A stretch of 64,000 nt of DNA. It comes from Candidatus Hadarchaeota archaeon (GTDB lineage Archaea > CAYQAE01 > CAYVLA01). Numbering within the stretch: position 1 is the first letter of the stretch; each line of letters begins with the position of its first letter. Below the pieces are notes generated by a model. It worked only from the letters and a program-made list of their open reading frames with translations, was not told where the DNA came from and searched no databases. Of the stretch, positions 26,521 to 36,760 are shown one piece after another. The position numbers were made by a program, and so were the translations under genes. Location: positions 32,001-96,000 of the forward strand of contig CAYVLA010000003.1 in the NCBI GenBank assembly GCA_964452145.1, in the 5' to 3' direction.

Positions 26521-27546
26521 TTGGCGAAGATGAAGTGGGCCAACCTGGTTACTCCGACCGAGATAGTGATCGAGGAGGCAGAGATTCCCGTCCCCGGGCC
26601 CGGCGAGGTGCAGGTGAAGATTGCGGTCTGCGGCGTCTGCGGATCCGATGTTCATGCCTATCACGGGAAGCACCCGTTCGTGAAGACCCCGATAGTCCCC
26701 GGGCACGAATTCTCTGGCAAGGTCTCACAGCTGGGAAAGGGCGTCACCGGTTTCGCACCAGGGGACAGAGTCGTCGTGGAGCCCTCACTAACCTGCGGCA
26801 AGTGTTACAACTGCCGCAACGGCCTCTACAATATCTGCACGGAGCTCAGAGTCCTAGGTTGTCAGGCGGCCGGGGCGTTTGCCCAGTACATCTCGGTTCC
26901 AGCCAGCAAGGTCTACAAGATGCCAAAGGGGATGGACTTTGACGATGGCGCGCTTGTTGAGCCCGCTGCCGTTGGGGTACACGCGGTGAGAAAGAGCGAG
27001 CTGGGTCTTGGAGACCGCGTGGTCGTCCTAGGTGAAGGGGTCATAGGCCTCATGATAGCCCAGGCGGCCCGCGCGGCGGGCGCCGGCGAGATCATCGTGG
27101 CGGGCCATCACTCCGAGAGGCTCGCCGTGGCCAAGAAGCTGGGTGCCGATGTTGTCTACAAGGCCGGCGATACCGTCAAGTTCATCAGGGACCGCTATGG
27201 CCCGGATGGGATAGACATAGTCTACGAGGCAGTCGGCGTGGGCGCCGCCATCAACGAAGCGATCGACATCGTGCGGAAGGGGGCGAAAGTGATCGTGGTC
27301 GGCGTCTTCGGCGAGCACCCAGTCACAAAGGTCGGACTGATTCAGGACAAGGAGATCGACATGCGTGGAAGCCTGATGTACGTCAACACGGACTACCCGC
27401 GAACCCTTGACCTCATCTCATCCGGAAGGATACAGACCAAACCCCTTATCACTGCAAGGTTCCCGCTCGAGCGGGTCGCGGACGCCTTCGATCTAATCCG
27501 CGAGAAGAGGGGCGAGATGCTCAAGGTCCTTTTGGACATATCCTGA
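26521..27546 (+). CDS. Zn-dependent medium-chain dehydrogenase (sugar-alcohol / threonine dehydrogenase-like)
   Basis: CGVCGSD, GHEFSG, CGKCYNCRNGLYNIC, VEP, GEGVIG. Confidence 0.9.
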   Translation: MAKMKWANLVTPTEIVIEEAEIPVPGPGEVQVKIAVCGVCGSDVHAYHGKHPFVKTPIVPGHEFSGKVSQLGKGVTGFAPGDRVVVEPSLTCGKCYNCRNGLYNICTELRVLGCQAAGAFAQYISVPASKVYKMPKGMDFDDGALVEPAAVGVHAVRKSELGLGDRVVVLGEGVIGLMIAQAARAAGAGEIIVAGHHSERLAVAKKLGADVVYKAGDTVKFIRDRYGPDGIDIVYEAVGVGAAINEAIDIVRKGAKVIVVGVFGEHPVTKVGLIQDKEIDMRGSLMYVNTDYPRTLDLISSGRIQTKPLITARFPLERVADAFDLIREKRGEMLKVLLDIS

Positions 27547-27666
27547 TGCGGTTTTCCCGATGCGGGTTGCGCGCGGAATGCGCGCTGTGCAGGATCCGTC
27601 CGCTCTTGGGTTAGGCCGGGACAAGCGTCCCCGTAGGGGGCTCGCTCACGATCAGGCATCCGCCCT

Positions 27667-30600
27667 TCACTTGCCTCGAATCAACCTTGCCGCGGACGCG
27701 ACTGCGAGGCAGCCCACCACGATGGCTAGGAATGCCATCGGCAAGATGCTTGCCGGCATCCCGACGACTCCCATCTCGCCTCCGGGCTCCGGCCGGGATA
27801 CTTCGGGTCCAAATCTGGATGGAACCTCGCCCTTGACCTCGAAGCGAGGCCCGGCCGCCTCGGTCCTCACGTTGGGCTTGTAGTAGGAGTAGGCCTTGCT
27901 GGTCCCTCCCAGTGCCTTGACCGGGAACAAGGCCAGGATGCTGAACTTGATCCGGATCTCCCGTCCTCTCTCAAGATCGTCCACGTAGAAGATGACCTTG
28001 CGCCCGGCCACCTCGACCCTGCTCGCAAGGCCCTGGGACACGACCTCATCCAGCGTGGACTGGACCGGCACGAAACCAGTGGGCACGGCTATGTCCAGGA
28101 TCATCATGCCCGTCGAGTTGTACAGCCCGTTGTACCTCACGCGTGCCACCACCTCCACTATGTCGTTGACGGCGGCGTTTGTCGTGTTGTACTCCACACC
28201 CAGGAAGAACTCGGGGTTTGCGGCGACCTCTCCCGGGATGTTGAACCGTTTGGCCAGCTGGAATAGCACCTTCCCCTCACCGCTCATCTGTAGCTCGAGT
28301 TCCCTTGCACCCAGAGGTATTCCGACGATCTGCAGCACGTCGAAGTTGGACTCAGTCAACTCGATCCTGGCCAGGGTCGTGCCGTCGACCACCACGTCGA
28401 TGGCCGAGTTGATGTTACGGGACTGCAGCCTCGCAGCCGTCATGAGTGCCTTGAGTGCCATCACCGTGTCCTGCGTGCTTGAGAACCCTCCCAAGGAATT
28501 TCTCTGGGAGGCGATCCATCGGATGGCCGACTCCGCCTCGGACCTCTCCTCAAGCATCAAGGCGAGGGCCGCATACGCTGTGGTCTCTATGGCGTTTGAT
28601 CTCTCCTGCCCGGAACTCCAGTACATGCCGTTCTCATCGGTTCGAGCTTTCTCCAGAAGCCTTGATACGGCTTCCTCTGCCTTCGGCGATCCGACCTTCT
28701 CCAGCAGGAGCGAGCTCACCGCCAGTGCGTAGACATCGTCTCCGTCCAGTGCGTGCTCCTCTAGGTAAGCTATGGCTTTGGCCAGTGACGCGTCGCCGGA
28801 AGAGTCACCGTAGTCGGCAAGCGCGATGGCGACGAAGGCCGTCAAGGCCGACTTTGCCTCAGGGTTCAGACCACCCATCATCTCCCGGTGGCACACGAAT
28901 CCTACCGGGCTCCACGAACCGTTCGAGTTCTGATGGGACTCGATCCACTGTACTGCCTGGGCGAGAACCGTCTCATCGATGCTGAGCACCTCCCTTGCTT
29001 CACTGAACACGTCAAGCACGAAGGCCGTCAGCCAAAGACTCCCCTCCTGATCGCTCTGGCCAAAGGCCGAGAAGGAGCCATCATTTCTGCGGAAGGTCAG
29101 CTCCCTCTGGTATCCGGTGATGAGGAAGTGCTCGGCCTTAGCCCTGATCTCGGGGACGATCTGGCCGGTTGAGTCCAGGTATCTGAGTATCTCAAGATCG
29201 GGTGCCATGAACATCATGTTCTGTTCGCCGCAGCCGAAGGGAATGCCCAGAAGATCCTCCACACCGTTGATCGTCTGGCCCACCAAGCTGGGAGTGATGC
29301 TTAGAAGGATCCTGCCCGAGTCCTCAATAATCCCATCGGGGAGGGAGAGGTCGAACTTTCTCGGTTCGGTCTGTGTGATGAATCCGTTTTGCACGATCTC
29401 CCTGGGCGTGCCCTCGGCCTCGATCAGGATATCCCTTCTAACCGCGTCGGCCCTCTCATTGGTGCGGGCCGTGATCTCCAACTTGAACTGCCCGATTCTG
29501 GTCGGACGTATAGTGAACGCAACCGCAGCCACGGAGTTCCCCGGAACTACGCCCACCTTGACCCTCTCATCCAGTAGCTCGAACCAGGCATCGTGGGCTA
29601 TTTCGACCTGCACGGTCTGGCTTGTGGCTAGGTAGTTGTAGATCTGCACGATGACCGGGAACTCCTCACCCCGTGTTACGGCGTAGGGCAGATCGGGTTC
29701 GACGAAGAAGTCCTGAAAGACCTTCAGGGAGGTCTCGGCGATCCCTATCCCTTCCTGGCTGGAAGAGACTGCGTGAAGTCGCCAGGTCGTTATGGAATCC
29801 GGAACATCGAGCCGGATCGTGGCGTGTCCCGTGGGATCGGTCAGCAGGCTCGGGTTCCAGTACCAGGTTTCGGGGAAGAACTGCCTCACCCTCTGGACCT
29901 CCGCCAATCCCTGGCCACCCGACGTCGTCGGGTACTGCTGGTTTGCATCCTTCGCTGCTTCGGCCAAGACATCGATGCCGCCCCCTCGGAAGCGGATGAA
30001 CCAGCTGGCACTCCCCTCGGGGATGTCTATGGACTTCGACGTTATCACCTGAACTCCGGCATCGTCGAAGACGTCCTTTGCCCCCATGGTCACAGGTCCC
30101 CACCAGAAGGGGCCCCCCTCAGGGTGGGCTTCGGCTTGGGGGGCCATGAAGATCTTCTCAAGCTCGTCGAAGATCTGCCTGAGGTTCAGCCTTCCCTCGT
30201 TCAGGGCGTAAACCGACTCGTCCACGACCGATATGCCTATCATGGTGGCTATTCCGGAACTCGATTGTAGGTCTATGACCACGCTTTCACCAGGAGCGGA
30301 GGTCTCCGCAGAGAAGGAGGCGGATAAAGTCACCCCGGTTTCAAGACCGACGTCGAAGGGAAGTGAATCGGCCGACACTTCATTATTGGGGTTGATCACG
30401 TAGGCCACGAGCTTGGCCTTGGGAACCATCTTCGGGGTCACCTTGAACGAGATGTATCTCCCCGTCGTGAATCCTGAGTAGACCGTCCTGCCGCCCGCCA
30501 CCACGTCGTAGTACACAGTTCTCTTCGAGGTGCTAAGGACTTCGAAGGTCACCGAGTCGCCGACGCGGACCTCGCCCGGAGAGCTCTGCTTGATGTGGAC

Positions 30601-31926
30601 GAAGTAGCCAGCCGGAGAATAGGCACTCCTCAGCGAGATCTCGACCTGGGCGCCGTCCTCCTTGACAGAGGCCGCCAGATTCGCCGAGGCGCACTTCCCG
30701 GGCACATTGAGGTCGGCCATCGCAATCCCCTTGAACGTTGTTACCTCCCTCTCCTCGCTGCTCGTGCTCCCGTCATCCATGTAGTAGGTGGCGGTGAGCT
30801 GGACCCTCTTGTCCAGGGGTTCGCCCCCAGGAGTCTCGGTTACGATTAGCACATCTAGGGGAAGGCCGGGCTTGATGATCTCGCCGGAGGGTATGATCTG
30901 CACGACGGTGGGAGAACCCGCTATCTTCAAAAGCTGGGAATCCCTTTCCTCGTGCCCGGATCCATCGATGACGGAGACGTTCAGGATCACCGATCCCAGG
31001 CCGCCCGAGCCCACGGTTCCAACCAGGTAGCCCACCCGGGGTATCTCGAACTGGACGGCTCCGCCGGAGAGCTGGCCTCTGAAGGTCGCAAACTCCTCCC
31101 ATTGGGCAACGTACTTGTACGCCCGGACCTCAACCATCCCGTCCACGGGCTTGCCAAAGAAGTAGTTCGCTCTTACCTCACCGGCGATGCTCTCATCCAC
31201 GAGGAACCAGTCGCGGGGCATCACGACCTCGATGCCGAACTTCGGCAAGACGTACTTCTCGACCCTGATGTCGACCGTTGCCATGCCGGTTGGGGCATTG
31301 GCCGTTATCTTCCAGGTCCCCAGGTTCAGCTCGTCAGCCAGTGCCAGATCGAAGCTGGCTACACCGTAGGAATCTGTGGTCAGCTCCTTTCTGAAGATCT
31401 TCACCCCCTTCGAATCCGAGATCGACAGGTTCAATCCAACCGATACCGGCTTGAGGTCGGCGTTCAGGGCAAGAACCCTGCCGTGAATGGTCTGGCCGGG
31501 CTTGTAGATCGGCTTGTCGGTTTCTATCAGCAGGGTCAAGGCATCGGCAACGACGATATCCCCTCTTATCGACTCGCCGTTTCCCGGGGAGGTGAGCACA
31601 AAGCTGTACGCCCCCTTGTCCACCGGGGGTACGTGAAATCGCGCGATTAGATGTCCGTCGGGACCTGTTCTGCCTTCGAAGACTTTGATCCCCTGACCCG
31701 TGTCCCCGGCCTTGACCAGGCTCAGCACTATCTGTCTATCGATGGGCTTCCCGGTTCCGGATGAGAAGGAGCTCACGCTGACCGAGGACTCCGTGCCGAG
31801 GTAGAGCTTCTTCGGCGCCAGCACGATGTACTCGGCTGACGCGGGATCCCCCAGTATCAGCGCGGGGGACAGCATCTGGGCAAACAACACGATCGGTACG
31901 ACGATGGATATCTTCCGGCGTCTCAT
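27667..31926 (-). CDS. Membrane-anchored alpha-2-macroglobulin / thioester-containing protein (CD109/TEP-like)
   Basis: Signal peptide; ETDKPIYKPGQ, KYVLPKF, FGKPV, VDESV, RQFFPETW, PDSITTW, PFGCGEQNM (GCGEQ at 29221-29235), GYQREL..DGSFSAFG, WLTAFV, VCHREMMGG, ETTAYA, GGFSSTQDT; C-terminal TM helix. Confidence 0.93.
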   Translation of the reverse strand: MRRRKISIVVPIVLFAQMLSPALILGDPASAEYIVLAPKKLYLGTESSVSVSSFSSGTGKPIDRQIVLSLVKAGDTGQGIKVFEGRTGPDGHLIARFHVPPVDKGAYSFVLTSPGNGESIRGDIVVADALTLLIETDKPIYKPGQTIHGRVLALNADLKPVSVGLNLSISDSKGVKIFRKELTTDSYGVASFDLALADELNLGTWKITANAPTGMATVDIRVEKYVLPKFGIEVVMPRDWFLVDESIAGEVRANYFFGKPVDGMVEVRAYKYVAQWEEFATFRGQLSGGAVQFEIPRVGYLVGTVGSGGLGSVILNVSVIDGSGHEERDSQLLKIAGSPTVVQIIPSGEIIKPGLPLDVLIVTETPGGEPLDKRVQLTATYYMDDGSTSSEEREVTTFKGIAMADLNVPGKCASANLAASVKEDGAQVEISLRSAYSPAGYFVHIKQSSPGEVRVGDSVTFEVLSTSKRTVYYDVVAGGRTVYSGFTTGRYISFKVTPKMVPKAKLVAYVINPNNEVSADSLPFDVGLETGVTLSASFSAETSAPGESVVIDLQSSSGIATMIGISVVDESVYALNEGRLNLRQIFDELEKIFMAPQAEAHPEGGPFWWGPVTMGAKDVFDDAGVQVITSKSIDIPEGSASWFIRFRGGGIDVLAEAAKDANQQYPTTSGGQGLAEVQRVRQFFPETWYWNPSLLTDPTGHATIRLDVPDSITTWRLHAVSSSQEGIGIAETSLKVFQDFFVEPDLPYAVTRGEEFPVIVQIYNYLATSQTVQVEIAHDAWFELLDERVKVGVVPGNSVAAVAFTIRPTRIGQFKLEITARTNERADAVRRDILIEAEGTPREIVQNGFITQTEPRKFDLSLPDGIIEDSGRILLSITPSLVGQTINGVEDLLGIPFGCGEQNMMFMAPDLEILRYLDSTGQIVPEIRAKAEHFLITGYQRELTFRRNDGSFSAFGQSDQEGSLWLTAFVLDVFSEAREVLSIDETVLAQAVQWIESHQNSNGSWSPVGFVCHREMMGGLNPEAKSALTAFVAIALADYGDSSGDASLAKAIAYLEEHALDGDDVYALAVSSLLLEKVGSPKAEEAVSRLLEKARTDENGMYWSSGQERSNAIETTAYAALALMLEERSEAESAIRWIASQRNSLGGFSSTQDTVMALKALMTAARLQSRNINSAIDVVVDGTTLARIELTESNFDVLQIVGIPLGARELELQMSGEGKVLFQLAKRFNIPGEVAANPEFFLGVEYNTTNAAVNDIVEVVARVRYNGLYNSTGMMILDIAVPTGFVPVQSTLDEVVSQGLASRVEVAGRKVIFYVDDLERGREIRIKFSILALFPVKALGGTSKAYSYYKPNVRTEAAGPRFEVKGEVPSRFGPEVSRPEPGGEMGVVGMPASILPMAFLAIVVGCLAVASAARLIRGK

Positions 31927-32093
31927 GCACTCAACTCGTCAGAGTTGTCTTTGGCCCCATACGGGCAGGCGACTCACGATACCCCGATGAGGTGAAACGA
32001 TACATATAGGTTCCGTGAAACGCTGGACTCTCCTTCCGTCGCCGAACGGGGAGCGATGTCCATGGGAAGGGATTGACCCCTTGCCGCAGGGGA

Positions 32094-32840
32094 CTATCGC
32101 TGGAAGAACCTCATGAGTTCTATGGGAATGGGTATCACCACGGTGGTGGGCCTGTCCGTGGTCGCATCCCGAATGGTTCCCAGGAGCCTGAGCTGAAGGG
32201 CTCCCGGCGCCTCCGTCATGATCTGGGAAGCCTTGGCCAGCTGCTCGGCGGCTTGTTGCTCGCCTTGGGCGATTATGATCCTGGAGCGCCTCTCCCTTTC
32301 CGCCTCCGCCTGCCTAGCCATCGCCCTCTTCATCGTGTCCGGAACCTCGACATTCTTCAGCTCGACTGCCGAAACCTTGATCCCCCACGGATCGGTGGCC
32401 TCATCGACCGTTGCCTGAAGCGTCTTGTTGAGATTCTCCCTCTCGGTGAGGACCTGATCCAGGAAGGCGGTTCCTATGACGTTCCGAAGGCTGGTCTGGG
32501 CATAGAGGGAGGTGGCCGCGATGAAGTTGGTCACCTGGACCACCGCCTTCTCCGGGTCCATCACCCTCATATAGATCACCGCATCGACGCGGACAGGGAC
32601 ATTGTCCCTGGTTATCACCTCCTGAGGAGGAACGTCGATAACCATCGTTCGCAGGTCGATGCGCACCATCTTCTCGAAGATCGGGATCAGAAAGAAGAGG
32701 CCGGGGCCCCGGGCACCGACCAGTCTTCCGAGCCTGAAGATGACACCCCTTTCGTATTCGCGAACGATCTTGATAGCCGACGCAATGACGATGAGGAGGA
32801 AGAATATCAGCGCAGAGATCGGGACAAACAAGTCAGCCAT
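32094..32840 (-). CDS. SPFH/band-7 (stomatin-like) membrane protein
   Basis: IVREYERGVIFRLGRL, GPGLFF, QEVITRDNV, AQTSLR, WGIKV, RAMARQAEAERERR. Confidence 0.95.
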   Translation of the reverse strand: MADLFVPISALIFFLLIVIASAIKIVREYERGVIFRLGRLVGARGPGLFFLIPIFEKMVRIDLRTMVIDVPPQEVITRDNVPVRVDAVIYMRVMDPEKAVVQVTNFIAATSLYAQTSLRNVIGTAFLDQVLTERENLNKTLQATVDEATDPWGIKVSAVELKNVEVPDTMKRAMARQAEAERERRSRIIIAQGEQQAAEQLAKASQIMTEAPGALQLRLLGTIRDATTDRPTTVVIPIPIELMRFFQR

Positions 32841-32909
32841 TCTATCACCGTGCCCTAGCTCGTTCTTTCCCAATAAATATTTGTGGGTCGCTCGTTGACT
32901 CGTTGACCG

Positions 32910-34151
32910 TCACGGACTGACGCCCCTGCGGGCCTTGCCCATCGCTACTTCGGTGGCACCGACCAGATCGTCCAGCTCTTTCTGCGTGTAGTTGGTGCTG
33001 TTCGGGAAGCTCACGGCCCGTGTGAGGGCCCGCTCCAGTACGGGGCACTTCCTGACCGGCCCGAACTGATTCAGGGGTGAGGTGAAGGGCCAGCCGGCAC
33101 GATTGATGGTTGACCTGTTCTTGAACAGATCAAGCTCGTAAACGGGCTGTCCGGAGTAGACCTGTCCCGCCGGAACGCCCTGCTGCCTGATGAGCTCTGT
33201 GAAGCCTGCCGCATCGATCTTGAGGTCGTCCGGCAGGTAGTAGATGATGGAGTAGTGGATGGGGGATGAGCCCGGTATTACCCTCCGCGGCACCAACCCC
33301 AGCTGCTCCATCCTCGGGTTCAGGAAGCGCGCGTTGCGGTTGACTAGCTCGACCACCCTGTCCAGCTTCCTGAGCTGCGCCAGGGCAACCGCGGCCTGTA
33401 GCTCCGACATCCTGTAGTTCAGGCCCAGGGGTCCGTTGCCCTTGGAGCCCGCAAATCTGTTGAAGCCATGGTCGTGGAATCTGACGGCATTGTCGAATAT
33501 CGCTTCGTCGTCCGTCGTGACCACGCCTCCCTCCCCGCACGTGATCATCTTGTTCAGCTGAAGGCTGAAGCACCCGATGTCTCCGAGGGCACCGACCTTT
33601 CTTCCTCCCAGGGACGCGCCGTGTGCATGGGACGCATCCTCGATAAGGTAGAGGTCGTGCTGCTCCGCCACCTCCCTCAGACCGTCCATATCAGCCGGAA
33701 AGCCTAGCAGGTGGACTGGGAGTATGGCTCTAGTTCGAGGCGTCACGGCCTGCCTGACCGAGTCCGGATCCAGGTTCATCGTGCCGTAGTCGACATCGGC
33801 GAAGACGGGCACGCCGCCGCAGAGAAGGACGGGCGTCACGTTGGCTATGAACGTCACAGGGGGGACTATGACCTCTTCCCCCGGACCTATTCCGCAGGCC
33901 GCAACCCCCTCGTGAACGGCTGCCGTCCCGCTGGATACTCCGAGCGCGTGCTTGGTGCCTACGCACCTAGCATACTCCCTCTCGAAAGCATCCGCCTTGT
34001 GTTTGGGATCGGGGCCGTAGAAGCGGAAGAGGGACCGTGATCTGACGACCTCCGCGATCTCCTCCAGCTCCTCCTCGCCGATCAGATTGACTCCGAAGCC
34101 ACAATACGGCCAGGGTTCCTTTCTCACAGGTTCCTTACCTTCATCGACCAA
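32910..34151 (-). CDS. DegT/DnrJ/EryC1/StrS sugar aminotransferase (start approximate)
   Basis: SSGTAA, EDASHAHG, GCFSLQLNKMITCGEGG, GLNYRMSELQAA. Confidence 0.88.
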   Translation of the reverse strand: MVDEGKEPVRKEPWPYCGFGVNLIGEEELEEIAEVVRSRSLFRFYGPDPKHKADAFEREYARCVGTKHALGVSSGTAAVHEGVAACGIGPGEEVIVPPVTFIANVTPVLLCGGVPVFADVDYGTMNLDPDSVRQAVTPRTRAILPVHLLGFPADMDGLREVAEQHDLYLIEDASHAHGASLGGRKVGALGDIGCFSLQLNKMITCGEGGVVTTDDEAIFDNAVRFHDHGFNRFAGSKGNGPLGLNYRMSELQAAVALAQLRKLDRVVELVNRNARFLNPRMEQLGLVPRRVIPGSSPIHYSIIYYLPDDLKIDAAGFTELIRQQGVPAGQVYSGQPVYELDLFKNRSTINRAGWPFTSPLNQFGPVRKCPVLERALTRAVSFPNSTNYTQKELDDLVGATEVAMGKARRGVSP

Positions 34152-34501
34152 AAACGGCAGCCCCCTCGGACAGGTTTGACGAGCTGGGCCTAGCGTGGCC
34201 TCTCGCCTTAAAAGTCTCTCACACGATTCCGAAATGCCTATCCCGGGCACGGATCATCGTCGATCTCGATCTATTCTGGCTGAGACGGGTCCCCTCGATG
34301 ATCCGAGTCGTGTTCCTAGATCCGCCTTTCACGGACGGGATCATGACACTCGGATACAGGCCCCGCTCCTGCACGCGTTGCACGGACTCCGTCCAGAGAC
34401 TCGCCGGTAGGCGCCTCGAGTCTTCGTCCGGCCCGTCCTTCCGGGCCCCCTTTGACAGGCCGGAGCGGCGTCGCCTTCCTCTAGGTCCTGGCTCAGGTCT
34501 C

Positions 34502-35473
34502 CTAATCCCACTGCCAGCCCATCTCGTTCTGGATCCGCTTGATCTCGCTCAGGAAAGGGGCTCCCTCCATGGGGCCCAGCTTGGTCACTGCGAAGGCCCC
34601 CACGGTGTTGCCGAGACGGGCACATTCTACGATGGGACGCCCGGCCACGTAGCTGGTCGTGAAGCCGGCATCAAAGCAGTCCCCTGCTCCCGTTGGGTCG
34701 ACCCGGGGCCTCACCCTCTCTATGGGGAAGGACGGGACTTCGATGTCCTCTCGGTGGGTGAAGACCCGACATCCCTGGGATCCAAGCTTCAGCGCGACGA
34801 CCTTGGCCTTCCTCAAAAGGCTCCTGCATGCCTCGAGGGGATCGGCCACCCCCGTCAGCATGCTGGCTTCCTCCCCGCTCGGGAGGACTATGTCGCACAC
34901 ATCCAGGACCGGTGCGCATATCTCGCGGACCTTCTCAATTCCCAACAGCTCGGGCCTGAGGTTCGGGTCCAAGCTCACCATGCCCCCTCTGGACTTGACG
35001 ATCCTCATCGCCTCGTAGCAGGCCTCGCGACTCGAGTCGCTAACCGATAGGGCCGAGCCCATCAGGTGCAGGAGTCTAGTTCCTGAGAGAAACGAGGGCT
35101 TGACCTCCTCCGGACTTAAGGTCCCGGCTGCGGAATGTCGGAGGTGAAAGATGAACTTCCTCGATCCATCCGGATTGTAGGAGACGAAGGCGCAGCCCGT
35201 GGTATGTCCGGGCCTCCGCTTGACCTGGGAGACGTCAACTTTGTCATCCCTGAGCCTGAACTCAACGACGTCTCCAAAGTCATCGGGGCCGAGAACCCCG
35301 ATGAAGCCAGTCGATGCACCGAGTCTAGCGGCGGCGTCAATGTAGATGGCGGGCGCGCCGCTGGGGTAGGGACCCATGAACTCGGCGGGCTTGTTCAGGG
35401 GAATGCCTACCTCTTTTCTCATTATCTCTACGAGCATCTCTCCCATCGACACTATCTCTGGCATTTCACTCAC
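34502..35473 (-). CDS. PfkB-family sugar kinase
   Basis: GEMLVE, SGAPAI, DPNLRP, KLGSQG, DPTGAGDCF. Confidence 0.92.
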   Translation of the reverse strand: MSEMPEIVSMGEMLVEIMRKEVGIPLNKPAEFMGPYPSGAPAIYIDAAARLGASTGFIGVLGPDDFGDVVEFRLRDDKVDVSQVKRRPGHTTGCAFVSYNPDGSRKFIFHLRHSAAGTLSPEEVKPSFLSGTRLLHLMGSALSVSDSSREACYEAMRIVKSRGGMVSLDPNLRPELLGIEKVREICAPVLDVCDIVLPSGEEASMLTGVADPLEACRSLLRKAKVVALKLGSQGCRVFTHREDIEVPSFPIERVRPRVDPTGAGDCFDAGFTTSYVAGRPIVECARLGNTVGAFAVTKLGPMEGAPFLSEIKRIQNEMGWQWD

Positions 35474-35903
35474 CCAATATCTGTATACAGTACTCGCGGC
35501 TCAGGGGACCATCCATCTCGACGAAATAAATGGTCTGTCTGCCTCCTCTGACGACCTTGCCGTTCTCCACGGGGAAGATGGCGTTGATGCCTGTCAGCAT
35601 GCCGCGGAGATGGCAGTGGGCATTCACCCCAAGTCTGCCATCGAAGTCCAGGTACCTTGCATGATGGTACTGGAGTCCCTCCGGCACAAGCCTTTTCAGC
35701 GTGTCAAGCGTGTCCTCCTCTAGGCACGGGATTCCCTCGTTGACGGTGATGCCGGTCGTGGTATGCATCGTGACGACGTTGACGACTCCGTCCTTGACTC
35801 CGGATCTCCTGACAGTCTCCTCCACCTTCTCGGTGATGTTGATCATCTCCATCTCTTTTGTGGTCTGAATCGAAAGCTTCTCCAGATACACTTTCATGTC
35901 CAT
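35466..35903 (-). CDS. YjbQ (UPF0047) family protein
   Basis: HTTTGITVNE, NAHCHLR, QTIYFVEMDGP..R. Confidence 0.9.
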   Translation of the reverse strand: MDMKVYLEKLSIQTTKEMEMINITEKVEETVRRSGVKDGVVNVVTMHTTTGITVNEGIPCLEEDTLDTLKRLVPEGLQYHHARYLDFDGRLGVNAHCHLRGMLTGINAIFPVENGKVVRGGRQTIYFVEMDGPLSREYCIQILGE

Positions 35904-35908
35904 TCCTC

Positions 35909-36760
35909 CTATCTTCCTATGAAGCGCTCGGCATTCCTCTCAAATATCAGTTTCTTGGCCCCCTGGGTTAGCCCGAGGCCGGAGAAGGCCTCGACCATCT
36001 TCACCGTCTCGATTCTGGGATAGTTGGAGCCGAACATGACCTGGTTCCTTAGGGATCTCTCGAGCCAGGTTGTTGGCACCTCCCGGGAAAAGATGAACTG
36101 TACGAACTCGGCCGGAGTGTCGGCGTAGAGACATGAAGTGTCCGCATAGACGTTGGGATACTTGAGCATCAGCGCGACCGTCTCGCGAACCCAGGGCCAA
36201 CCGAAGTGAGCCAAGCATATCCTAAGCCTCGGGAAGGCCGCGGCCACCTTCTCCAGCAGGCCCGGGTGGCACTGCTCCATCTTTGATCCGGGCTCCCAGC
36301 TCAGGCCGCTATGGATGAGCAGGGGCACTCCCAACTCCTGGGCCATGCCGTAAATGGGGAAGAGCTTTTCGTCATCAGGCCTGAACTCCTGGATGCCTGG
36401 AGCTAGCTTCAGTCCGACCAGCCCCAGATCCCGGATCGCGCCTTCCAGTTCACGGGGAGCATCGCTGGAATGAGGATCCACGCTCGCGAATCCGATGAAC
36501 TCCCCGCCAGCCATCTGCACCAATTCGGCGATCTGCTCGTTGGAGAATATCTTGCATCCCCTCGAAGTCGTACAATCTATCGGGAGCAGGACCGATCGGT
36601 CCACACCTGACACCTCCATCTGGAGCAGGAAGGTCTCCAGCGGCTGGGGTCTGTTGTGAAGGCCGAACACCTCCTTGGTGACCCTAATCATCTCCTTGTC
36701 CTTCTCCATCATCTCCTGTACAAGAACCGGGTGGGTATGCACGTCGATCATCGATTTCAC
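35909..36760 (-). CDS. Amidohydrolase_2 family metallohydrolase
   Basis: IDVHTH, GLKLAP, IHSG, AHFG, NVYADTS, FGSNYP. Confidence 0.88.
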   Translation of the reverse strand: MKSMIDVHTHPVLVQEMMEKDKEMIRVTKEVFGLHNRPQPLETFLLQMEVSGVDRSVLLPIDCTTSRGCKIFSNEQIAELVQMAGGEFIGFASVDPHSSDAPRELEGAIRDLGLVGLKLAPGIQEFRPDDEKLFPIYGMAQELGVPLLIHSGLSWEPGSKMEQCHPGLLEKVAAAFPRLRICLAHFGWPWVRETVALMLKYPNVYADTSCLYADTPAEFVQFIFSREVPTTWLERSLRNQVMFGSNYPRIETVKMVEAFSGLGLTQGAKKLIFERNAERFIGR

